From a bacterium (GTDB taxonomy: Bacteria > Patescibacteriota > Microgenomatia > JAMCZE01): DNA of 64,000 nucleotides. The notes beneath the pieces are model-generated. The model had not been told where the DNA came from. It saw only the letters and a list, made by a program, of their open reading frames with translations, and ran no database searches. This document shows positions 55,890-64,000 of the stretch, piece by piece. Position numbers and translations under genes: made by a program. The stretch spans positions 132,135 to 196,134 of the forward strand of contig JAKBJL010000003.1 of assembly GCA_021836035.1 (NCBI GenBank), written 5' to 3'. Positions within the stretch are counted from its first letter, which is position 1; each line of letters starts with the position of its first letter.

Positions 55890-57608
55890 ATGGAGCTCGC
55901 TACGGAATTGATTATTGTTCTTCTTATTGCCCTGGGCGGAGGCATGGTTGCCAAGAAATTACGGCAACCGATTTTAACCGGCTACTTAATATCCGGAATA
56001 CTGGTAACCGGTTTGTTTGGACGGTTCCTTCATTTTACCAGTGCTCAGGCATTAGCAGACTTGGGCTTAGCATTTCTCATGTTCGTGGTCGGTTTGGATT
56101 TTTCTTTCCGCAGGCTTGCCAGGGTAAAACGCATCGCCGTAGGCGGAGCAATTCTCCAGATGCTTCTGACAGTAATAATTCTAGCGATACTTGGGCTTAC
56201 GGGATTATTCGGCAGCCTTTCTCCGGCGGAAGTTATTGTTGCGGCAGTTGCTTTTTCCCTTTCTTCCACCGCCATCGTGATCAAGCTGCTGTCGGAAAAG
56301 GGAGAGCTGGATACCCTGCCGGCGGAAATATTAGTCGGCTGGCTACTGGTCCAGGACCTAGCGGTAGTACCGATTTTAACGGTGCTACCGGTTTTATCTG
56401 CCGGCGGCCCGATAATATCGGTTTTAGCAGGAATCTTTCTTTCGCTTCTCAAAGCGGCGGTCTTACTTTATTTGGTTCTGTTTCTGGGGAAAAAAGTTGT
56501 CCCCATTTTTTTTACCAAAGTGGCGGAAATTAACAGCCGGGAGATTTTACTTTTAGCGACTGTCAGTTTGGTTCTTATTTCAGCTGCCGTTACCTATGCT
56601 TTAGGGCTTTCTTTTGCCCTGGGTGCATTCCTCGCCGGGCTTTTAGTTGCGGATAATATTGCTCAACACGCCGTTTTTTCCGAGATCCGGCCCCTGAGAG
56701 ACATTTTTGCCGTAATCTTTTTTGTAACTTTAGGTGTCCTCTTGTCGCCGGTTTTTATTTGGCAAAATTGGCTGACAATCCTCATAGTTTCGTTGGCGGT
56801 GATTATGATAAAATTTTTCCTGGTTTTACTTATTACCGTTAACTTTAAGTATCACCTTAAAACTGCCTTGCAGGTCGGGTTATCATTAACCTTAGTTTCA
56901 GAATTTGCTTTTGTTATCGCCCGCCTCGCTTTAAATAACGGAGCTATCGGTCAGAATGCCTATTCCTTAATTTTGGCAGTGACAATGGTTACCATGATGG
57001 TTTCGCCGTGGGAGTTTGGTCTTTCGGTCGGCATTTATGAGAAATTGCGTAATAGTGCGGCCAAGTGGTCGCCGCGTATTTATAAAATGTTTTTCAACAG
57101 TTTTGATCATTACCGCAAGGAACATAAGGAAATTGAGATCGCAAACCATGTGGTGATTTGCGGTCACGGGCGGGTAGGGCGCCATATTGCGAGAATTATG
57201 GCCATGGCTGGCGTTCCTTATGTCGTGGTTGACTATAACCATAATGTAATAAGCGATCTGGAGATGCAGGGAGTAGAAACGGTGTTAGGAGATCCGACAG
57301 ATAAGGAGGTCTTGCAATTCGCCGGTGTCAGTCGTGCCGGGGCAGTAGTAGCGGCCGTTCCGGATCGTTATTCGCAGGAATTGATTATCGAAAACGCGTT
57401 GAGTTTAAAACCGGGAATAACTATTATTTGCCGTTCCCATTTTGAGGAAGACCAGCGGCGGCTTTATGCTTTAGGGGTTTCGGCAGTCGTTTCGCCGGAA
57501 TTTGAAGCAGGCTTATCTATGGGGCACCGCATCTTGGATAGTATGGGCTTCGAACGGAACAAGACGGCGGCCTACCTGAAGATGGCCCGAAGAGAACAAG
57601 GAATATAA
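55890..57608 (+). CDS. monovalent cation:proton antiporter (CPA2, Kef-type) with a C-terminal TrkA-N/RCK domain
   Basis: 12-13 TM helices followed by the Rossmann motif VVICGHGRVGRHIARIM. Confidence 0.8.
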   Translation: MELATELIIVLLIALGGGMVAKKLRQPILTGYLISGILVTGLFGRFLHFTSAQALADLGLAFLMFVVGLDFSFRRLARVKRIAVGGAILQMLLTVIILAILGLTGLFGSLSPAEVIVAAVAFSLSSTAIVIKLLSEKGELDTLPAEILVGWLLVQDLAVVPILTVLPVLSAGGPIISVLAGIFLSLLKAAVLLYLVLFLGKKVVPIFFTKVAEINSREILLLATVSLVLISAAVTYALGLSFALGAFLAGLLVADNIAQHAVFSEIRPLRDIFAVIFFVTLGVLLSPVFIWQNWLTILIVSLAVIMIKFFLVLLITVNFKYHLKTALQVGLSLTLVSEFAFVIARLALNNGAIGQNAYSLILAVTMVTMMVSPWEFGLSVGIYEKLRNSAAKWSPRIYKMFFNSFDHYRKEHKEIEIANHVVICGHGRVGRHIARIMAMAGVPYVVVDYNHNVISDLEMQGVETVLGDPTDKEVLQFAGVSRAGAVVAAVPDRYSQELIIENALSLKPGITIICRSHFEEDQRRLYALGVSAVVSPEFEAGLSMGHRILDSMGFERNKTAAYLKMARREQGI

Positions 57609-57621
57609 TTTCTAATTCCCA

Positions 57622-57936
57622 ATGACCAAGTTCATTGCCAGAAATGAAGGCTTTATCTGCGAACATTGTGGGAAAACGGTGGAAGCTATTAAATACGGCG
57701 GTTCCTACCGTAACCACTGCCCCTTTTGCCTCTGGAGCAAACATGTGGATACGGATATCCCGGGGGATCGGGCGAATAAGTGCTTGGGGCTTATGAGGCC
57801 CATAAGTGCTATCACGCGTAGAACGGGGGAATATGTGTTGACGCATAAATGCGAGAAGTGCGGTTTTGAAAGGTACAACCGGATTGCCGGCGACGACGAT
57901 TTTGAGATGGTCGTCGGCTTGTCCGGAGGCGCTTAG
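57622..57936 (+). CDS. RNHCP-domain protein
   Basis: Literal SYRNHCPFCLWSKHVD with flanking CEHCG and CEKCG zinc-ribbon pairs. Confidence 0.6.
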   Translation: MTKFIARNEGFICEHCGKTVEAIKYGGSYRNHCPFCLWSKHVDTDIPGDRANKCLGLMRPISAITRRTGEYVLTHKCEKCGFERYNRIAGDDDFEMVVGLSGGA

Positions 57937-59238
<1,302 letters not shown>

Positions 59239-59415
59239 CGTATAGAAAAGATAAAATAACGGAATTTTCTTAACGTTTTTAGCTAAAATATATGGGTTCG
59301 TTTGGGGATTTTTATAATAAGAATAAAAAGAAACTTTCCAAAGAAGAACAGGCACGAAAAGCTTCCAAGGTGTCTGTTTCTTCATATGTCCCGCCGCAGC
59401 CTGTGGTAATCTCCC

Positions 59416-60363
59416 GTGGGAAGAAGGAAAAGTAGATCAAAACCATCTTTTTTTAGGGGCCTGACCTTAATTTTTATTCTGCCCGTTCTGGTTTTGGCGG
59501 GTGTTTTAGGTTGGAAGCTTTACGGGGAATACCGGATCTCCCGGTTAACCAATCGCGAACGTTTTAACATCGTCATCGTCGCCGATTCTCCCACGGTCAT
59601 TTCTATTAATCCCCAGGATAAAACCGCGGTGGTAGTGCCGTTACCGGGGGATATTTATTTTCCGGCGGCGGAAGGATACGGTGATTATCGGCTGAAAGCG
59701 GTGTATAAACTGGGAGAACTGGATAGGAAAGGCGGCCGGGTTTTAGCGGAAACAGTGGGTGATATTTTAGGTATCCCCATTGACGGATTTATCCTCATCC
59801 CGGATTTTCCTACCGGGAAAATGCCGCAACTGGATCAATTATTTACCTTCGGATTATTAACCCAATATCTGCAAAACAGGATTAAAACCAACTTGTCCCT
59901 GTTGGATATCGGGCAAATTATTGCTGCCTCGCTCCAGTTGCGCTTTGATAAAATAAAAGTTTTAAATCTTAGGGGGATGGGTATTTTGGATGAGCTGGTT
60001 TTAGCTGACGGCAGCAAGGCTTTATCCGCTGATTTAGGCCGCCTGGATTATCTGGCGGATGATAACTTTGTCGAACCGGGTTTGCGCCGGGAAAATTTAA
60101 AAATAGAAGTACTAAACGCCGGGACTACGGCAGGTTTGGGGTCGGAAGTTAGCCGGGTTCTTTCCCGGATCGGATTGGATATCATTAATGTCGGTAATCA
60201 GGATATTCCGGTTGGGGATTGTGAGGTAAGATCCGAAAATAAATGGCAAAATACTCTGACCGTGCGAAGGATAGCCGGGATATTTTCCTGTCGGATTTTA
60301 CCCAAACAGTCCGGAAGGGCGGATGTTACTGTGATTCTTCGCTCTCTTCGTCCTGGTGAATAG
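59416..60363 (+). CDS. LCP-family (LytR-CpsA-Psr) protein with a LytR_C domain
   Basis: N-terminal TM, LCP core (RFNIVIVADSP…), C-terminal LKIEVLNAGTTAGLGSEVSRVLSRIGLDIINVGN. Confidence 0.6.
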   Translation: MGRRKSRSKPSFFRGLTLIFILPVLVLAGVLGWKLYGEYRISRLTNRERFNIVIVADSPTVISINPQDKTAVVVPLPGDIYFPAAEGYGDYRLKAVYKLGELDRKGGRVLAETVGDILGIPIDGFILIPDFPTGKMPQLDQLFTFGLLTQYLQNRIKTNLSLLDIGQIIAASLQLRFDKIKVLNLRGMGILDELVLADGSKALSADLGRLDYLADDNFVEPGLRRENLKIEVLNAGTTAGLGSEVSRVLSRIGLDIINVGNQDIPVGDCEVRSENKWQNTLTVRRIAGIFSCRILPKQSGRADVTVILRSLRPGE

Positions 60364-61087
60364 CGGAAATAGACGGGGGCAGGGGTTCGTCTTCCTCCTC
60401 ACCGGTTTTAGCGGGTTCGTGTACTTCTTCAGGTGGGGGTTCGAAATGGTCGCAGCTCCCGTTGGAAAAGGAAGGTACTTGGTAGTATTTTTTAGCCCGG
60501 GATACCTCCCGGATAAAAATAACAATGTTATTGGATGCCGATCTAATACAGGCTTCATAGGTATTGCCCGCGTGTACCAGCGTATTTAGCCGCTTACCGA
60601 TATCGTCAGGCAGCGAGCCTAAATAATTACCGTTACTGTCGCTGATATGGATACTATGGTGTTTTGCTTCCAAATAAACGGTTTGCCCGGCGCAAAGGGT
60701 AGTCAGAGTGGTCGGCGAAGCCAGATTAACTAAAGAAACGGTTTTGGTCCGCCCCGGTTCCTCAATAAAACTGCTGGGAAGATTAGCATGCGGTAGAGTT
60801 AAGTCTTTTTCGGCGGGCATGGACTTTTTTTTATAACAGGCAGACTTTAATTTGGCCTGGTTTTTAGAAGCAATTTGGTTGTAGGGATCGATATTATGCA
60901 GGATAAGGTTAAAAATTTCCCGGGCTTTATTAAGTTTCCCCAGTTCCATATAAGCCCTTCCCAGTCGATTTAGGGCGTCAACGTCTTTTTTATCTCCCCG
61001 GAGAATTTTTTCATTCAGCTCGACCGCTTTTTCCCAATTACCGTTCAATGCTGCCTGAATTGCTTCGTTAATAAAGTCGGCTGACAT
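60326..61087 (-). CDS. TPR-repeat protein
   Basis: N-terminal TPR-like helices (AIQAALNGNWEKAVELNEKIL…LGRAYMELGKLNKAREIF); acidic tail; probable start MSADF at 61087. Confidence 0.5.
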   Translation of the reverse strand: MSADFINEAIQAALNGNWEKAVELNEKILRGDKKDVDALNRLGRAYMELGKLNKAREIFNLILHNIDPYNQIASKNQAKLKSACYKKKSMPAEKDLTLPHANLPSSFIEEPGRTKTVSLVNLASPTTLTTLCAGQTVYLEAKHHSIHISDSNGNYLGSLPDDIGKRLNTLVHAGNTYEACIRSASNNIVIFIREVSRAKKYYQVPSFSNGSCDHFEPPPEEVHEPAKTGEEEDEPLPPSISAIHQDEESEESQ

Positions 61088-61189
61088 CCAAAAAAGTATA
61101 GGAAATTCGTTGCAAAAGTCAAGGGACGAAGATACAATATAGCGAATAGCAAATGGTAAGCGACTTAAGGCTATTAGCTTGAACCTGTT

Positions 61190-61933
61190 ATGTCCGGACA
61201 CTCAAAGTGGTCTACGATTAAGAGACAAAAGGGGGCTGCTGACGCGCGGCGGGGTCAAGCATTCACCAAGTTGGGTAACGCGATTACCATCGCTGTTCGT
61301 CAGGGCGGGGGCAATACCGACCCCGATTTTAACTTCAAGCTGCGGTTGGCTGTAGAAAAAGCACGGGAAGCTAATATGCCCAAAGAGAATATCCAACGTG
61401 CTATTGAGCGCGGGGGAGGGAAGGGAGACGGAGCGCAACTCAATGAAGCAATCTTTGAAGGATTTCTCCCCGGCGGAGGGGCGGTAATAATTGAAGCTAT
61501 TTCTGATAATATCAATCGTACCTCCGGCGAAATCCGTAATTTGTTAAATAAGGGTGGTGGCAATCTCGGGGGGCAGGGATCGGTCGTTTATCTTTTTCAA
61601 AGAGTTGGAGAAATTATAATTGAAAGGACGGGCCAGGATATGGATACCGTCTTGGAAAAAGCGATCGAAGCCGGAGCGAAGGACCTTGAAGAGACTGAAG
61701 ATTCTTATTCGGTTTATTCCGAAGTGGAAGACTTACACAGGGTTAAGGAAAGATTAGCGGCAGTGGGCTTGAAAATTCTGGACAGCGAATTGGTTTTCCG
61801 GCCGAATAAAGAAACCTTAGTAACTTTACCTAACCGGGAAATCGCCGGCAGAGTGGAGAATCTGCTCGCCAGTATCGAAGAATTGGACGACGTCCAGAGT
61901 GTTTTTAGCAATGTGGATTTTAAAACCGCATGA
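61190..61933 (+). CDS. yebC: YebC/PmpR-family transcriptional regulator
   Basis: MSGHSKWSTIKRQKGAADARRGQAFTKL…. Confidence 0.85.
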   Translation: MSGHSKWSTIKRQKGAADARRGQAFTKLGNAITIAVRQGGGNTDPDFNFKLRLAVEKAREANMPKENIQRAIERGGGKGDGAQLNEAIFEGFLPGGGAVIIEAISDNINRTSGEIRNLLNKGGGNLGGQGSVVYLFQRVGEIIIERTGQDMDTVLEKAIEAGAKDLEETEDSYSVYSEVEDLHRVKERLAAVGLKILDSELVFRPNKETLVTLPNREIAGRVENLLASIEELDDVQSVFSNVDFKTA

Positions 61934-62283
61934 CTGAGGTTTCTAAGGGATCAGTAAAAAGAGAAGCGGCGAAGTCGGGAATGGACAATCGGGATTATCA
62001 GCCGCCCGGGATAAAAGAAGGAGAAACATTCAGCGAGTATGTGAGGCGTAAGCGGTCCGGTTTAGTAATTCCCCCAAAAACAGAAACGCCGATTTCCGAA
62101 AAGAAGGACAACGATAATACTTGTCTACCGGGCGGTTATCCGGGAGAGTCGTGGTCAAGTTATATAAAACGGAACCAACGGAGCGAACCTGGTCAGAGAG
62201 CCGCTTTCGATACCGTAGCGAGAACTGAGGGCATAGCTAGGGCCGAAGAAATTTTTGGAGAAAGAGATAAGCTTCCCGACTAA
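61930..62283 (+). CDS. hypothetical protein
   Basis: 117-aa ORF whose start overlaps the yebC stop. Confidence 0.4.
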   Translation: MTEVSKGSVKREAAKSGMDNRDYQPPGIKEGETFSEYVRRKRSGLVIPPKTETPISEKKDNDNTCLPGGYPGESWSSYIKRNQRSEPGQRAAFDTVARTEGIARAEEIFGERDKLPD

Positions 62284-62309
62284 TTTCTTACTTTTCCCCA
62301 TAGATATTC

Positions 62310-62585
62310 TTGCTCCAGTTTGGCATATTGTTTTTGATGAAAAGTCGGGAAATGAAGGGGATTTTTATGCGGTATGACCAGGAGAAAAACTTGCTTTCCG
62401 TAAGAACGGAACCGGATCTCGATGTTAAGCCGATCGAGGTACTTGAGGAGGAGCTCAGGACCGAAATAGCGAAGAGGGAGAAGGAGCTGAAGGGGAAAAG
62501 GGTTCGTCTAACCATCACCGACCAGACGGAAGGATATTCTGGTTTTGTCCGGCAAAAACTTCTGAAACTTTCTTGTGATGACTGA
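62310..62585 (+). CDS. hypothetical protein
   Basis: 91-aa ORF between yebC and ruvC. Confidence 0.35.
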   Translation: MLQFGILFLMKSREMKGIFMRYDQEKNLLSVRTEPDLDVKPIEVLEEELRTEIAKREKELKGKRVRLTITDQTEGYSGFVRQKLLKLSCDD

Positions 62586-62666
62586 AGTCTAAACTAATAA
62601 ACCTAAGTTGCCCGGGAATTTACTGCTTAATTGATTGATTCATGGTAAATTTGGTATCATTTCCTT

Positions 62667-63155
62667 ATGCTGATTTTAGGTATTGACCCAGGCACTGCCC
62701 GTTTGGGCTACGGTCTGATAGAAACAGGCAAAAAAGAAAAGGGGAACGGCTTAAAATTTGTGGATGCAGGCTGTCTGGAAACGAAAATGGAAACCCCGAT
62801 GCCAAAGCGGCTGCTTTTCCTACAGAGAGAAGTAGGCAAGGTTATCCGTAAATATAAGCCCGACCTTTTAGTTATTGAACAACTTTTTTTCGGAGTTAAT
62901 TCCCGGACTGCCATGGCGGTTGGTCAGGCAAGGGGAGTGGTCTTAGCGGTAGCAGCCCAGCACGGGCTCCCCGTAATTGAATACCAGGGATTAACCGTTA
63001 AGTTTGCCTTGACCGGTTTTGGGCGAAGCGATAAGAAGCAAATGCAGGAAAGTGTCCGGAAACACCTGCATATGCACGAAATTATTAAACCTGATGATGC
63101 TGCTGACGGTTTAGCTATTGCGATCTGCCATCATTTAAAAAGCGGAAAAGCGTAA
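62667..63155 (+). CDS. ruvC: Holliday junction resolvase RuvC
   Basis: MLILGIDPGTARLGYGLIE… with a catalytic Asp/Glu pattern; follows yebC as in many bacteria. Confidence 0.85.
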   Translation: MLILGIDPGTARLGYGLIETGKKEKGNGLKFVDAGCLETKMETPMPKRLLFLQREVGKVIRKYKPDLLVIEQLFFGVNSRTAMAVGQARGVVLAVAAQHGLPVIEYQGLTVKFALTGFGRSDKKQMQESVRKHLHMHEIIKPDDAADGLAIAICHHLKSGKA

Positions 63156-63225
63156 AACAAACAGCGTGTAGTAGACCGGTTGACCAAACCTTTATGATTT
63201 CCGCTTTATACTAAACGCTACAATT

Positions 63226-64000
63226 ATGAGTAAGCGGCAGAAATTTGTCATTGCCACACTAATCTTAACCCTGGGAATTGTGCTAATTCGTTACCCAATG
63301 TTTCAATGGCGTTACAGGGTGCTCGTATATTTAGTTATCGATTGGGCGTTGTCACTTTGGGCTTTACATGATCGCGATTTCGGGGGTGTGGAGTGGGTGA
63401 CGCTTTTAATTCTGCCGACAATGTTCTCCCTGGGAGGAGCGTTGGTATTTCCTTTGCTGCCGCGCTCATTTGATTCTTTCCTGATCTGGAATATCAGCCC
63501 CGATTCCGGCTTGTTGTTGGGCTTAGGAATACGCATGGCCTTTCTGCTGCTCTTTGCAGTAGGGTATTATGCTGTTCTATTGACGCGGAATATCTATAAT
63601 GTAGCCGCAATTAGAACAATACAGTTACTGCGGGCCGCCCATTCAGTCGGATTTATGATGGTTCTCTTAACTGCGCTGTCCCTTTTCCTGGTTACTGCCT
63701 CTTTTCATCTGTCGAGCTTCTGGAATTTTTGTTTTATTTTTATTATTAGTTTACCCCTGGCTTTATCAGCGCTTTGGTCTATAAATCTGGAAGAGGGGAT
63801 TAACCGCCAATTAAGACTGATGACGGTATTTATGGCTTTGGCCGTAGCAGAAGTGGGCTGGATTATGTCCTTCTGGCCGGTTTCCGTCTCGCTTTATGCC
63901 TTGGTTTTAACCACCGTCTTTTATACTTTAGTAGGGATGGGGCAGTACTACCTCAGTGAACGCCTCTTTGGCAATACCAGCCGGGAATTCGTCGCAGTGC
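63226..64000 (+). CDS. polytopic membrane protein, 3-prime partial (runs off the window)
   Basis: My own translation from ATG 63226 gives 258 codons with no stop; multiple hydrophobic helices. Confidence 0.5.
   Translation, partial: MSKRQKFVIATLILTLGIVLIRYPMFQWRYRVLVYLVIDWALSLWALHDRDFGGVEWVTLLILPTMFSLGGALVFPLLPRSFDSFLIWNISPDSGLLLGLGIRMAFLLLFAVGYYAVLLTRNIYNVAAIRTIQLLRAAHSVGFMMVLLTALSLFLVTASFHLSSFWNFCFIFIISLPLALSALWSINLEEGINRQLRLMTVFMALAVAEVGWIMSFWPVSVSLYALVLTTVFYTLVGMGQYYLSERLFGNTSREFVAV

Overview
This window reads as a small, gene-dense genome of roughly 45 % GC that uses the standard genetic code; ssb ends in TGA and the long ORFs need no recoding. Divergent housekeeping proteins with inserts (NDK, Tgt), a short RF1, an Lgt-like protein and many lineage-specific hypotheticals suggest a CPR/Patescibacteria-like organism, but this is an inference only. 

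Core genes outside the island:
- Left of the island (plus and minus strands): a partial hypothetical protein, an HNH endonuclease, a recombinase-like C-terminal fragment overlapping ychF, ychF, rpsF-ssb-rpsR, two hypotheticals, ctpA (S41 protease) and htrA.
- A convergent block on the minus strand: prfA, rpmE, an EamA transporter, hisS and a MacAB-like efflux set (FtsX-type permease, ABC ATPase, HlyD adaptor).
- Before the island: two secreted hypotheticals, an MBL hydrolase, dnaB, argS and ndk.
- Right of the island: tRNA-Trp (minus), two small ORFs, tRNA-Leu(CAA), a Nif3-like protein, efp, a membrane hydrolase, an MFS transporter, an Lgt::DksA/TraR zinc-finger fusion, an RluA-family pseudouridine synthase, a Kef-type antiporter, an RNHCP protein, tgt, an LCP protein, a TPR protein, yebC, ruvC and a partial membrane protein.

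Two non-coding features stand out:
- An RNase P RNA candidate in the ~500 nt gap after ndk.
- A family of ~150–165 nt intergenic elements bounded by ~25-bp imperfect inverted repeats, with at least five copies.

The central ~26 kb (about 23.4–49.1 kb), between ndk/rnpB and tRNA-Trp, is an accessory island.
- It is punctuated by at least seven direct-repeat remnants of the 3-prime end of one paralogous gene family. Five are ~41-bp copies; two are a longer, more divergent type.
- The longer copies (35532..35951, 42709..43068, and a distant one at 2063..2632) look like the C-terminal tail of large serine recombinases.
- This fits tandem accretion of integrated elements at a tRNA-flanked hotspot.

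Cassettes between the repeats carry:
- A glycan-modification-like set: HemW-like radical SAM, EEP phosphoesterase, sulfotransferase, PRTase, a large GT-B glycosyltransferase and a Kdo-kinase-like protein.
- A Tat-signal protein.
- A P-loop kinase, NUDIX and MFS set.
- A C39-like peptidase, HD, methyltransferase, isochorismatase and HExxH set.
- Several decayed genes: an ALDH with an internal deletion, a frameshifted HD protein, a frameshifted HExxH peptidase and an alpha/beta-hydrolase fragment.
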